Assembly (NCBI GenBank): GCA_012838235.1
Contig: DUPQ01000014.1
Coordinates: 108 to 64,107 of the forward strand
From: Clostridiaceae bacterium
Lineage (GTDB): Bacteria; Bacillota; Clostridia; DUPQ01
Length of the DNA: 64,000 nt
Direction: 5' to 3'
Shown here one piece after another: positions 1 through 9,790 of the stretch. A model generated the notes under the pieces. It saw only the letters and a list, made by a program, of their open reading frames with translations. It was not told the DNA's origin and searched no databases. The translations under genes and the position numbers were made by a program. Within the stretch, counting starts at the first letter, position 1. The number at the start of each line of letters is the position of its first letter.

Positions 1-213
1 AAGACATACGTTATAACAGGCTCCTTTGAAGAATATACCAGAGATCAGTTGAAAAGTATTATTACTTCCAACGGAGGCAATGTTACCGAGAGCGTTTCCA
101 AAAAGACCGATTACGTTCTGGTAGGAGATAAGCCGGGAAGCAAACTGACAAAAGCTCAGGCTTTGGGGATAAATATTATTGATTTGGAACAATTTAAGTT
201 TTCCTTGTTGTAA
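1..213 (+). CDS. ligA: NAD-dependent DNA ligase, C-terminal BRCT end (5' part lies outside the window)
   Basis: Frame 1 is open from base 1 to TAA at 211-213. It reads [65 protein letters not shown], the typical LigA BRCT tail (V.TG...R...I...GG.V..SVSKKT.Y.V.G...GSKL.KA..LG..I). It is absent from the ORF track because it has no start codon. Confidence 0.7.
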   Translation, partial: KTYVITGSFEEYTRDQLKSIITSNGGNVTESVSKKTDYVLVGDKPGSKLTKAQALGINIIDLEQFKFSLL

Positions 214-282
214 TAATGATTTTTAGAGTTATAATTGAGATACAATCCTAATAAGGACTGTTAGAATAGAAGGAGAAAAATT

Positions 283-1275
283 ATGAAAAACAGAAGAATT
301 TTATCTATCATACTTGTAGTATTAACGGTTTTGTCTTTAACCGGATGCAGAAAAGTATACGAGACACACAGACCGGTAAAACCGGTAACGGCAAATATAG
401 TTGCATTGAAAGGACCTACCGGTATAGGAATGGTCAAAGTAATGAATGATATAATCTCTCTTTCCGATTATGTCAACACAAAATTTAAAATAATGACTTC
501 ACCCGACACCGTTGTTGCGGGATTACTGGATAAAAGCATAACCATTGCTGCCGTTCCTACAAACCTTGCAGCTGTTCTATACAACAAGACGGAAGGAGAA
601 ATACAGATATTGGCGGTTCACACTTTGGGCGTACTGCATATCTTGGATAAGACGGGCAATATCAAGAGTATAAAAGATCTGAAAGGTAAAACCCTTGTTA
701 CAAGCGGACAAGGTTCGTTGCCGCAATATGTCCTGAACTTTATATTATCCGAAAACGGCATTAATCCGGAAACGGATATGGAAATAGTGTATAAAGCGGA
801 ACACAGCGAAGTCGCCACATTACTTCTTTCGGGGGAAGCGGACGTTGTGATGCTTCCGGAACCGTTTGTTTCCACCGTTTTGAATAAAGATGCTTCCATA
901 AATCATGCGATAAATCTGAATGATGAATGGGTTAAAAGTGCACCGGATATAACGTTGTCAATGGGCTGTCTGGTGGCACAGAAGTCCTTTATAGAGGAAT
1001 ATAAAGAGGAAGTGGATACTTTCCTTGAGTTATATGAAGAGTCTATAGATTGGGTTTTAGAGCAGCCGTACAATGCCGCTCCTCTCATAGTATCATCGGG
1101 TATTCTGGATAACGAAAAGGTAGCGGAAAGTGCAATACCCAATTGCAACATTGTCTATATCGATGCAGCGGATGCAAAAGACAGTTTAAACGCATTTTTT
1201 AAATTTCTTTATAACAACAACCCCGCTTCGGTAGGCGGTAAGGTTCCGGATAACGGAATATATTACGAGAGATAG
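283..1275 (+). CDS. Lipoprotein, ABC-transporter-type substrate-binding protein (SsuA/NMT1-like fold)
   Basis: Lipoprotein signal peptide MKNRRILSIILVVLTVLSLTGC with lipobox Cys. AAGGAG ribosome-binding site upstream. The remainder resembles periplasmic binding proteins by eye. No permease or ATPase gene is adjacent. Confidence 0.5.
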   Translation: MKNRRILSIILVVLTVLSLTGCRKVYETHRPVKPVTANIVALKGPTGIGMVKVMNDIISLSDYVNTKFKIMTSPDTVVAGLLDKSITIAAVPTNLAAVLYNKTEGEIQILAVHTLGVLHILDKTGNIKSIKDLKGKTLVTSGQGSLPQYVLNFILSENGINPETDMEIVYKAEHSEVATLLLSGEADVVMLPEPFVSTVLNKDASINHAINLNDEWVKSAPDITLSMGCLVAQKSFIEEYKEEVDTFLELYEESIDWVLEQPYNAAPLIVSSGILDNEKVAESAIPNCNIVYIDAADAKDSLNAFFKFLYNNNPASVGGKVPDNGIYYER

Positions 1276-1286
1276 AAGGAGCAAAT

Positions 1287-2096
1287 ATGACACAATGTAA
1301 TCACAACTGCTCTGACTGCAGTCAGAATGATTGCGAGAGCAGAATACAAAAAGAACAAACCAATGATTTTTCTCAGATTAAAAATGTTGTCGCCGTTTTA
1401 AGCGGTAAAGGAGGAGTGGGAAAAAGCATGGTAACAAGCCTTCTGGCTGTGGAACTTACCAGAGCGGGGTATAAGGTGGGCATTCTGGATGCGGACATTA
1501 CCGGTCCTTCAATACCTAAAGCTTTCAACTTAAGCGAACATATAAGGGGAAATGAGACGGGAATATTTCCCGCAAAGACCAATTTCGGTACAAAAATAAT
1601 AAGCATAAACCTGCTTTTGGAAAATACGACAGATCCTGTTTTGTGGAGGGGTCCGGTTATTTCCGGTGTACTTAAACAATTTTATACCGATGTTGTATGG
1701 GGAGAATTGGATTATCTGCTCATAGATATGCCCCCCGGAACGGCAGATACCGCTCTTACGGTATTCCAGTCCATTCCTGTAGACCAAGCCATAATAGTTA
1801 CTACACCGCAGGATCTTGTATCCATGATAGTGGAAAAAGCAATTAAAATGGCAGATATGATGCATATTTCGGTTTTGGGAGCCATACAGAATTTCAGTTA
1901 TGCGGTATGCGATAAATGTAATAACAAAATTGAGCTTTTCGGTGATACGGATACAAATAAACTGAGTATTCCGGTTGTGGACAGGATACCTTTTGATAAA
2001 AGATTAAGTGCTGCAATGGACAGAGGAATGATAGAGCTTACGGAAGATACATATATCGCCAATACGGTTAAGAAACTTATTGAAAAGAGTAAGTAA
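1287..2096 (+). CDS. mrp: Mrp/NBP35 (ApbC) family Fe-S cluster carrier ATPase
   Basis: Deviant Walker A VLSGKGGVGKS, DMPPGT motif, Cys-rich N-terminus (CNHNCSDCSQNDC) and C-terminal CDKC pair. AAGGAG RBS. Confidence 0.85.
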   Translation: MTQCNHNCSDCSQNDCESRIQKEQTNDFSQIKNVVAVLSGKGGVGKSMVTSLLAVELTRAGYKVGILDADITGPSIPKAFNLSEHIRGNETGIFPAKTNFGTKIISINLLLENTTDPVLWRGPVISGVLKQFYTDVVWGELDYLLIDMPPGTADTALTVFQSIPVDQAIIVTTPQDLVSMIVEKAIKMADMMHISVLGAIQNFSYAVCDKCNNKIELFGDTDTNKLSIPVVDRIPFDKRLSAAMDRGMIELTEDTYIANTVKKLIEKSK

Positions 2097-2193
2097 GTTT
2101 TATTATCAATACAGATTTATTAAAAAATACCGGAAATTGATATTAATAATCAGTGGGATATCAGTTACATATCAGTAAAATCAAATTTTCTGC

Positions 2194-2223
2194 AAAAAAA
2201 AACGGGGTAACCCGTTTGTTTTT
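2194..2223. terminator. Bidirectional intrinsic terminator between convergent genes
   Basis: Hairpin AACGGG-gtaa-CCCGTT with an A-run on the 5' side and a T-run on the 3' side. It lies between the stop at 2096 (+) and the stop at 2222 (-). Confidence 0.8.
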
Positions 2224-2449
2224 AACAAAATCTCTTTATAGCGTCTGTTAACGGCTTAATGTCATCGGTATGTGCAACCAGTGATATGGGTTTACTTAAG
2301 TCTAAACTGAATATACCCATAATGGATTTGGCATCCACAACATATCTGCCGGAAACCAGATCGATATCGTAATCAAAAGCGGAGACTATATCCGCAAATT
2401 CCTTGACATCGCTTATTGAAAGAAATTTTATATCAATTTTGTTTTTCAT
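2222..2449 (-). CDS. HPr-like small protein lacking the His15 phosphorylation segment
   Basis: 75 aa. VDAKSIMGIFSLDLSKP matches the HPr Ser46 region (V.LKSIMGVMSLG). There is no GIHARPA-type N-terminal His loop. GGAGGA RBS. Confidence 0.6.
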   Translation of the reverse strand: MKNKIDIKFLSISDVKEFADIVSAFDYDIDLVSGRYVVDAKSIMGIFSLDLSKPISLVAHTDDIKPLTDAIKRFC

Positions 2450-2534
2450 GTCATCCTCCTAACTGCTTCAATATATCATATAGTTACTGAAACATCAATA
2501 ACGGTTGTGATATAATATTATCTGTGAGGCAGAT

Positions 2535-3404
2535 ATGATTAAACTTAAAAACAGACATTTAACCGTTATTATCAATCCGTTAGGAGCGGAAATAGTTTCC
2601 GTTATTAAAGACGGATATGAATATCTATGGCAGGGAAATCCCGATATCTGGAAAGGTCAGGCTCCCAATTTGTTTCCTTTTATAGGAAGACTGAAAGATG
2701 AGGAATATGAGTATGATAACAGACTGTTTAAAGTAAAGATACACGGATTTGCCAGACATTCGCTTTTTGAGATTGTGGAGAGCAATGAGAATTATGTATC
2801 GTTGAGGATTACCGGCACTCCCGATACTTATGCCGTATATCCGTTTGATTTCGACTTTATAGTTTCCTACGAACTGATGGATAACATAATCAAGAAGCAA
2901 TACATGATAATAAATAACGGGTATAAGGTGATGTATTATGAAGTCGGGGGACATGAAGGGTATAATCTGACATTTGAAAAGAATAAAATAATGGACGACT
3001 ACTACATTTTGTTCTCAGACAATATTATATATAATTACACAACCGATAAGAATATTATGATTAATAAGCAAACGGAAGAGATAAAACTTTCCGATAGGAA
3101 ACTGTATCTTAAGCCTGAGATTTTTAAGAATGATGCCCTTATTCTGGATTGTTCAAAATTAAGCAACAGGGAAGTTGTTCTGAAATGTTCTACTTCGAGC
3201 AGAAAAGTAAAAGTGAGATTTGAAGATTTTGATTATTTGGGAATTTGGACCCACCCTTTTTACACAAATTATGTGTGTATAGAACCGTGGTCCGCTTTAC
3301 CTGATTGCAATTTTATTGATAAAAAGTTGGAGAACAAGATAGGTATACGCAAGTTAACTGCCAAGAAGACAGACATGTTGGAGTATTTTATTGATGTGTT
3401 GTGA
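2535..3404 (+). CDS. Aldose 1-epimerase (LacX/mutarotase-like) family protein
   Basis: The N-terminal pattern L.V.INPLGAEIVS....GYEYLWQGNPDIW...APNLFPFIGR is typical of the family. Its stop overlaps the next start (ATGA at 3401-3404). Confidence 0.7.
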   Translation: MIKLKNRHLTVIINPLGAEIVSVIKDGYEYLWQGNPDIWKGQAPNLFPFIGRLKDEEYEYDNRLFKVKIHGFARHSLFEIVESNENYVSLRITGTPDTYAVYPFDFDFIVSYELMDNIIKKQYMIINNGYKVMYYEVGGHEGYNLTFEKNKIMDDYYILFSDNIIYNYTTDKNIMINKQTEEIKLSDRKLYLKPEIFKNDALILDCSKLSNREVVLKCSTSSRKVKVRFEDFDYLGIWTHPFYTNYVCIEPWSALPDCNFIDKKLENKIGIRKLTAKKTDMLEYFIDVL

Positions 3405-4147
3405 TGATTGATAATTTGGTTAAGGAAATTAAAAAGGCAAAGAGTATAGTTTTTTTCACCGGTGCAGGTGTGTCTACCGAAAGCGGTATACCGGATTTTC
3501 GAAGCACCAAAGGACTTTACTTAAGCAAATATGACGGCTATACTCCCGAAGTTATTATAAGTCACAGTTTTTTCTATCATAATCCCGATGTGTTTTATCG
3601 CTTCTATCATGACAAGATTGTGCATCCTGAAGCAAAGCCCAATGATTTTCATTACGGTATAACAAAGTTTAAAGACATGAACTATGATGTGTCCGTTGTT
3701 ACACAGAATATTGACGATTTGCATAATATCGCCGGTAACGGTAAGGTTTACGAATTGCACGGAAGTATCAGCAGGAATAATTGTATCAAGTGCCATAAGT
3801 TTTTCAATCTGGACTATATAATAGCCAACAGAGGTAAAACAGTCAGATGCGATGAGTGTAATTCATTGGTAAAACCCGATGTGGTATTGTACGAAGAACA
3901 GCTGGATCAGGTTATAATAGAGCAATCCATACAAGCCATTATGAATGCGGATGTATTGATTGTTGCAGGGACAAGTTTATCGGTATATCCCGCAGCTTCC
4001 TTTATTGACTTCTATACCAAGAATTGCCTATGTATATTAAACAAGACAAGCACTCCCCGTGATTCAAAAGCGGATTATGTTTTTTATGATTCCTGTTCCG
4101 TTGTATTAAACAAAATAATCGAAAAACTGGAACGGAATAATGAATGA
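3401..4147 (+). CDS. cobB: NAD-dependent protein deacylase, Sir2 family
   Basis: GAGVSTESGIPDFRS, QNIDDLH, catalytic His in ELHGS, and Zn ribbon CIKC...CDEC. Confidence 0.85.
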   Translation: MMIDNLVKEIKKAKSIVFFTGAGVSTESGIPDFRSTKGLYLSKYDGYTPEVIISHSFFYHNPDVFYRFYHDKIVHPEAKPNDFHYGITKFKDMNYDVSVVTQNIDDLHNIAGNGKVYELHGSISRNNCIKCHKFFNLDYIIANRGKTVRCDECNSLVKPDVVLYEEQLDQVIIEQSIQAIMNADVLIVAGTSLSVYPAASFIDFYTKNCLCILNKTSTPRDSKADYVFYDSCSVVLNKIIEKLERNNE

Positions 4148-6152
4148 ATTGGCAGCCCTTAAGGGTATCGGACCGAAAATAATTGAAAAGCTGAATACTC
4201 TGAGCATATACAACACAAATGATTTGCTGGAGTATTATCCGAGAACCTATGTCGACAAGACCGGTATTTCACATATAAGCGATATAAGGGAAGGGGAATA
4301 TTTCTCTTTAAAGGGTATTTTATACAACATCACTTCCAAACAATTACCTTACGGCAGAAGATTACATATTGTCACCGCGGAGTTTAAAGATCAGACGGGA
4401 CAGATTTCCGTTACATGGTTTAACCAACCTTATCTGAAAAATGTTCTAAAAGAGAACAAAATGATTTATATTTACGGGAAAGTAGAGAAAAAGGGTTTTT
4501 TCTACAATATGTACAATCCCGATTTTTCCTACAATGAAAAAGACTTTTTCATTATACAGCCGATATATTCCAAGAATGCTAAGATAAATCAATATGAGAT
4601 AAGAAAAGCCGTTAAATCGGCTATGGATTATTCTCATGTGTTGGTAAAAGATTACTTTCCCGAATATTTGAAAGAAAGATATAATCTATGCGATAAGGAA
4701 TTTGCGGTAAAAAATATTCATTTTCCCGCATCATCTGCCGATTTCTTTGCTGCCAGAAGGCGACTGGTTTTTGAAGAGTTCTTCTTAATGCAACTGGCAT
4801 TGGTTTCATTAAAAAGCAACATGGGAAAAGATAAATCCCCTATAAATATATCCAAGTTTGATATGGCACGGGAATTTGTACGATCTCTTCCTTTTACTCC
4901 CACCGATGCACAGCTTCAATCTATGAAAGATATAGCTTCCGATTTAAGCAGCGGATATTCCATGCACAGATTACTGCAAGGCGATGTGGGAAGCGGCAAG
5001 ACGGTTGTCGGTTTGTATGCCGTAATGTGTGCATATCGGAACGATTATCAGAGTGCTTTTATGGCTCCTACCGAAATACTTGCCCTGCAGCATTATAGGA
5101 CCGCTGTTGAACTGTTGAACAAATTCGGATTAAATATAGCGTTACTTACAGGTCAGTTAAGGAAAAAGGAAAGGGAAGATATTTTAAATAGAATTGAAAA
5201 CGGAAAAGTCCACCTTGTGATAGGAACACATGCTATATTACAGGAAGATGTAATATTCCATAATCTCGCTTTGTGTATAACCGACGAACAGCACAGATTC
5301 GGAGTACAGCAAAGACTTATACTGTCTTCCAAAGGGGTAAAACCTCATTTACTGGTCATGTCGGCAACTCCCATACCCAGAACGCTGGCATTGATACTGT
5401 ACGGTGATCTGGATATTTCCACACTGAAGGAATTACCAAAAAACAGAAAAAAAGTGCTGACTTATTCCGTTGATGAATCATTCAGACAAAGGATTAATAA
5501 TTTCATTCAGAAGATTGTTGTAAAAGGAGAGCAGGCATTTGTTGTATGTCCTGCTATCTATGAGAATGATGTCTTGGATGTGACCAATGTGCTTACAAAA
5601 TACGAGCAACTGCAGACGGATATTCCATCTGTAAAAAGTGCAGTACTTCACGGTAAGATGAAAAAAGTCGAGAAAAATGAAGTAATGGAAAAGTTCATCA
5701 ACAATGAGATAAGTGTTCTGGTTACCACAAGCATTATTGAAGTGGGAATTGACATACCCAATGCAACTTTAATGGTAATTGAAGATGCTCAGCAGTTCGG
5801 TCTTTCTCAGTTGCATCAGTTAAGGGGCAGGGTAGGTCGCAGCGATAAACAATCTTACTGTATACTGTTCAATCAATCATCATCCGATATTTCAAAGAAA
5901 AGAATGGATGTAATGGTACAATCCAATGACGGCTTCTATATTTCCGAACAGGATCTTCTATTAAGAGGTCCCGGAGATTTCTTCGGTACAAAACAGCATG
6001 GTCTTCCGGATTTCAAAATAGCCAACCTTTATACCGATATGGATATACTTAAAGATGCTCAGAAAGCCGTGCAGGAAGAGATACGGAATAATGCAATATA
6101 CAGACAGTTGCTCGGAAGAGAGCTGGATTACTTATCCAAAGCAAAACTTTAA
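4140..6152 (+). CDS. recG: ATP-dependent DNA helicase RecG
   Basis: 670 aa. Walker A GDVGSGKT, DEQH box (TDEQHRFG), motif VI QLRGRVGR, and an N-terminal wedge-type region. Overlaps the cobB end by 8 nt. Confidence 0.9.
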   Translation: MNELAALKGIGPKIIEKLNTLSIYNTNDLLEYYPRTYVDKTGISHISDIREGEYFSLKGILYNITSKQLPYGRRLHIVTAEFKDQTGQISVTWFNQPYLKNVLKENKMIYIYGKVEKKGFFYNMYNPDFSYNEKDFFIIQPIYSKNAKINQYEIRKAVKSAMDYSHVLVKDYFPEYLKERYNLCDKEFAVKNIHFPASSADFFAARRRLVFEEFFLMQLALVSLKSNMGKDKSPINISKFDMAREFVRSLPFTPTDAQLQSMKDIASDLSSGYSMHRLLQGDVGSGKTVVGLYAVMCAYRNDYQSAFMAPTEILALQHYRTAVELLNKFGLNIALLTGQLRKKEREDILNRIENGKVHLVIGTHAILQEDVIFHNLALCITDEQHRFGVQQRLILSSKGVKPHLLVMSATPIPRTLALILYGDLDISTLKELPKNRKKVLTYSVDESFRQRINNFIQKIVVKGEQAFVVCPAIYENDVLDVTNVLTKYEQLQTDIPSVKSAVLHGKMKKVEKNEVMEKFINNEISVLVTTSIIEVGIDIPNATLMVIEDAQQFGLSQLHQLRGRVGRSDKQSYCILFNQSSSDISKKRMDVMVQSNDGFYISEQDLLLRGPGDFFGTKQHGLPDFKIANLYTDMDILKDAQKAVQEEIRNNAIYRQLLGRELDYLSKAKL

Positions 6153-6163
6153 GGAGGTACACC

Positions 6164-7279
6164 ATGATTTTAAGTAATTGCGTTGTATTTGACGGGGTGG
6201 ATTTTAAAGAAGGACTGCAGAACATATATATTGAAAACGCTCTTATCACCGACATAAGGACATATACTCATGAACCTCATTCGATAAACATCAACGGTTG
6301 TATAGCCGTTCCGGGATTTATAGATATTCATACCCACGGAATATGCGGTACGGATTTTTCTTATTCGTTTGATGCCGATGCCGATAAATTTTTCGATAAT
6401 TACGTAAAAGTCGGAACAACATCGGTCTTTCCCACAACCGTTACCATGGATCCCGATAAATTAAACCTGCTGCTTTCAAAGTACAGTAAAATAAAACATC
6501 CCGCATTTTGCGGTATTCATCTGGAAGGTCCGTTTATAAACATTAAAAAGGCGGGAGCACATAACAAGCAATATATTATGCAACCGAGTGTTGAATCTTA
6601 TCGGAAGATAACAGGCCAATATGAAAATATTGTAAAGAGGGTTACAATAGCATGCGAATTGGATCAGGGCTATAAGCTTGCCGGATATTTAAAAGAACAC
6701 AATAAGGTTGTATCTTTCGGACATACCGAATGTATCTCGGATGAGGCTTACAAAGCATTTAAAGCAGGTTACAGACTGTCTACTCATCATTTCAATGCCA
6801 TGCCTTTAATGCATCATCGTGAAATTACCGTTACAGGTGCCGCTCTTGTAGACGATTGTGTTTCATGCGAATATATTCCCGATTTTTATCATGTCGGTAA
6901 AGAAATGCTAAAGATATTGTTTAAGTGTAAGAAGCCGGAGAATCTGGTAATGGTTACCGATTCCATGTCGGCAACCGGTATGCCGGACGGGGAATATACA
7001 TTGGGCGATTCGGATGTTTTTGTAAAAGACGGCCTGGTGAAAAATCAATCGGGAACAATAGCGGGCAGCAGCGTCACCATGGCAAAAGGCGTTTTCAATA
7101 TGATTAATGCGGGGTTTAATCCGGTTACGGTATTGAAATCCGCAACATCGGTCCCGGCAAAAGTAATGAACCTGAAGAAAAGAGGTATTTTAAGACCCGG
7201 TTATTATGCGGATATTAACATATTAGATTCCAAGTTCCGATACATGTTCACAATCAGTAAAGGAACTCGTATTGATTAG
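6164..7279 (+). CDS. nagA: N-acetylglucosamine-6-phosphate deacetylase
   Basis: Amidohydrolase motifs DIHTHG, HLEGPF and HHFNAM. GGAGG RBS. Confidence 0.85.
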   Translation: MILSNCVVFDGVDFKEGLQNIYIENALITDIRTYTHEPHSININGCIAVPGFIDIHTHGICGTDFSYSFDADADKFFDNYVKVGTTSVFPTTVTMDPDKLNLLLSKYSKIKHPAFCGIHLEGPFINIKKAGAHNKQYIMQPSVESYRKITGQYENIVKRVTIACELDQGYKLAGYLKEHNKVVSFGHTECISDEAYKAFKAGYRLSTHHFNAMPLMHHREITVTGAALVDDCVSCEYIPDFYHVGKEMLKILFKCKKPENLVMVTDSMSATGMPDGEYTLGDSDVFVKDGLVKNQSGTIAGSSVTMAKGVFNMINAGFNPVTVLKSATSVPAKVMNLKKRGILRPGYYADINILDSKFRYMFTISKGTRID

Positions 7280-7340
7280 ATTATTTTATGTCAGTATTTA
7301 TCTTTTATTATGTGATATGAGTAATAAAATATGTGTAAAA

Positions 7341-7358
7341 ATGTTATTAAATTAACAC
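7341..7358. promoter_or_regulatory. Candidate Rex operator 1 (ATGTTATTAAATTAACAC)
   Basis: Compared with the Rex consensus reported for Clostridia, TTGTTAA-N4-TTAACAA. The TGTTA...TAACA core is retained, with 11 of 14 specified positions matching by my count. Confidence 0.45.
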
Positions 7359-7369
7359 TCTTTTCAATA

Positions 7370-7387
7370 TTGTTATTGAAATAACAT
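7370..7387. promoter_or_regulatory. Candidate Rex operator 2 (TTGTTATTGAAATAACAT), overlapping the -35 element
   Basis: Contains the perfect 7-bp inverted repeat TGTTATT-ga-AATAACA. Same TGTTA...TAACA core as operator 1. Overlaps TTGAAA at 7376-7381. Confidence 0.45.
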
Positions 7388-7403
7388 TCCTGTGTGATAT
7401 AAT
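7376..7403 (+). promoter_or_regulatory. Sigma-A-type promoter of the hydCBA operon
   Basis: TTGAAA (7376-7381), 16-nt spacer, TATAAT (7398-7403) preceded by TGtGA (extended -10-like). It sits about 40 nt upstream of the hydC ATG. Confidence 0.6.
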
Positions 7404-7444
7404 ACGTAAGGTTATACTTAAAAACTAATTCGGAGGTCTAATAA

Positions 7445-7918
7445 ATGTGTCAAAATTGTAATCTGGACGAGAATCAAAAAAAGCTTCAGGAAGTGTTTGA
7501 CAAGTACAAAGATACACAAGGAGCTTTGATTCCTGTTCTTCATGAAGCTCAGGAAATATACGGATATCTTCCTTTATCGGTTCAGGAAGCTGTTGCCGAT
7601 GCGTTGGAGATTCCGCTATCTGAAGTATACGGTGTAGTAACATTCTATACCCACTTTTCCCTTTATCCGAAAGGAAAGTATAAGATTCAGATATGTCTCG
7701 GAACTGCCTGTTATGTTAAGGGAGCGAACAATATTCTGGAAGAACTTAAAAAGCAACTTGGAATTGATGTGGGGCAATCCACGAAAGACGGAAAGTTTTC
7801 ATTGGATGCGTGCAGATGTGTCGGAGCATGCGGAATTGCACCGGTAATGATGATAAATGATGATGTATACGGTTCATTGGCGGTAAGCGATGTTGCCGAT
7901 ATACTTAAAAAGTATTAA
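7445..7918 (+). CDS. hydC: [FeFe]-hydrogenase NuoE-like [2Fe-2S] subunit
   Basis: 157 aa. Thioredoxin-like 2Fe-2S cysteine pattern (ICLGTAC ... CRCVGACGIAP). First gene of the three-gene operon. Confidence 0.85.
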   Translation: MCQNCNLDENQKKLQEVFDKYKDTQGALIPVLHEAQEIYGYLPLSVQEAVADALEIPLSEVYGVVTFYTHFSLYPKGKYKIQICLGTACYVKGANNILEELKKQLGIDVGQSTKDGKFSLDACRCVGACGIAPVMMINDDVYGSLAVSDVADILKKY

Positions 7919-7939
7919 TCGGGTAAATGGAGGATATTA

Positions 7940-9778
7940 ATGAAATCATTAACTGAATTAAAAGCAATAAAGCAAAAAGTTACCGAAGTGCCGGATTACA
8001 AGATTGTTGTAGGTATGGCAACATGCGGTATCGCTGCCGGAGCCAACCCGGTTTTTAAAGAGCTTAAGAGAATTGCTGATGAAAAGAAACTTTCGAATGT
8101 CGATATACAGATAACCGGTTGTATAGGTATCTGTCGATTAGAACCTATTGTGGAAGTATATACTGCAAAAGGTGAGAGATACACCTATGTTAAAGTGGAT
8201 GCTGAAAAAGCGCAGGATATTATACAGAAGCATATTATTGAAGGAAAACCCTGTACCGACTACCTTATTTGCGATGACGGGGAAGCATGTATAAAGAATA
8301 TACAGGAAACCAAATCCTTCAAAAAGCAGATAAGAATTGCTCTTCGAAACTGCGGTAACATAAACCCGGAAAACATCGATGAATACATAAAGAACGACGG
8401 ATATTTTGCTTTGGGCAAAGTATTGACAGAGATGAAACCTGCCGAAGTTATTCAGTTGCTGCTGGATTCCGGATTAAGAGGCAGAGGAGGAGCAGGATTC
8501 CCTACCGGATTAAAATGGAAATTTGCTGCAGCAGCTCAAAATGAACAAAAATATGTCTGCTGTAATGCCGACGAAGGCGATCCCGGTGCTTTCATGGACA
8601 GATCTGTACTGGAAGGCGATCCGCACAGCATATTGGAAGCAATGGCAATCGCAGGATATGCCATAGGTTCCGATCAGGGATTCATTTACGTAAGAGCGGA
8701 ATATCCGGTTGCAGTCAAGAGATTGAATCTTGCTATAAAACAGGCCAAAGAATACGGTCTGTTGGGTAATAACATATTCGGTACCGATTTTTCCTTTGAC
8801 ATTGAACTGAGACTGGGAGCGGGCGCATTTGTCTGCGGAGAAGAAACCGCTTTGATGACTTCCATTGAAGGAAAAAGAGGAGAACCCAGACCCAGACCTC
8901 CTTTCCCGGCAAATAAAGGGCTGTTCGGAAAACCCACTATATTAAATAATGTCGAGACTTTTGCCAACATCCCGGTGATTATAAACAAGGGGGCCGATTG
9001 GTTCAATAAGATAGGTACCGAAAAGAGCAAGGGAACAAAAGTATTTGCAGTCGGAGGAAAGATTAATAATACCGGCCTTATAGAAATACCTATGGGAATG
9101 ACATTAAGAGAAGTTATTTACGAGATAGGCGGAGGAATACCCAACGGTAAAGCTTTCAAAGCGGCACAGACGGGCGGACCTTCGGGCGGATGTATTCCTG
9201 CCGAGCATCTGGACGTCGCGATTGATTATGACAATCTTATCGCAATAGGCTCCATGATGGGTTCCGGCGGACTTATCGTAATGGACGAGGATAACTGTAT
9301 GGTGGATATCGCTCATTTCTTCTTGGGATTTACCGTGGATGAATCGTGCGGCAAATGTCCTCCTTGCAGAATAGGAACACACAGAATGTTGGAAATGCTG
9401 GAGAAGATAACCGCCGGCAAAGGTGAAGATAAGGATATCGAAAAATTGGAAAGACTTGCTTATTCCATAAAAGAAGCGGCATTATGCGGATTAGGTCAGA
9501 CAGCACCCAATCCGGTTCTTTCCACATTGCGATATTTTAAGGATGAGTATAAAGCTCATATTTATCAGAAGACCTGTCCCGCGGGAGTGTGTAAGAACCT
9601 GTTAAGTTATAATATCGACGCTGAGAAATGTATCGGTTGCGGTCTCTGTGCCAGAAACTGCCCTGCAAATGCAATTACCGGTGTAGTTAAATCACCGTAT
9701 ACGATAGATAAAGATAAATGTATTAAATGCGGAGTTTGTATGGAAAAATGCAAATTCGGTGCCATATACAAGAAATAG
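7940..9778 (+). CDS. hydB: [FeFe]-hydrogenase NuoF-like flavoprotein subunit (NAD(P)H/FMN-binding)
   Basis: GRGGAGFPTGLKW FMN/NADH site and ESCGKCPPCR [4Fe-4S] motif. N-terminal thioredoxin-like 2Fe-2S domain. Two C-terminal CxxCxxCxxxCP ferredoxin motifs. Confidence 0.9.
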   Translation: MKSLTELKAIKQKVTEVPDYKIVVGMATCGIAAGANPVFKELKRIADEKKLSNVDIQITGCIGICRLEPIVEVYTAKGERYTYVKVDAEKAQDIIQKHIIEGKPCTDYLICDDGEACIKNIQETKSFKKQIRIALRNCGNINPENIDEYIKNDGYFALGKVLTEMKPAEVIQLLLDSGLRGRGGAGFPTGLKWKFAAAAQNEQKYVCCNADEGDPGAFMDRSVLEGDPHSILEAMAIAGYAIGSDQGFIYVRAEYPVAVKRLNLAIKQAKEYGLLGNNIFGTDFSFDIELRLGAGAFVCGEETALMTSIEGKRGEPRPRPPFPANKGLFGKPTILNNVETFANIPVIINKGADWFNKIGTEKSKGTKVFAVGGKINNTGLIEIPMGMTLREVIYEIGGGIPNGKAFKAAQTGGPSGGCIPAEHLDVAIDYDNLIAIGSMMGSGGLIVMDEDNCMVDIAHFFLGFTVDESCGKCPPCRIGTHRMLEMLEKITAGKGEDKDIEKLERLAYSIKEAALCGLGQTAPNPVLSTLRYFKDEYKAHIYQKTCPAGVCKNLLSYNIDAEKCIGCGLCARNCPANAITGVVKSPYTIDKDKCIKCGVCMEKCKFGAIYKK

Positions 9779-9790
9779 GGAGGATTAACA

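Noticed and set aside
283-2096. Substrate-binding lipoprotein plus Mrp ATPase as a novel two-gene transporter
   Set aside because: The Mrp/NBP35 protein is a soluble Fe-S carrier ATPase, not an ABC ATPase, and no permease is present. The adjacency is most simply coincidental or an orphan binding protein.
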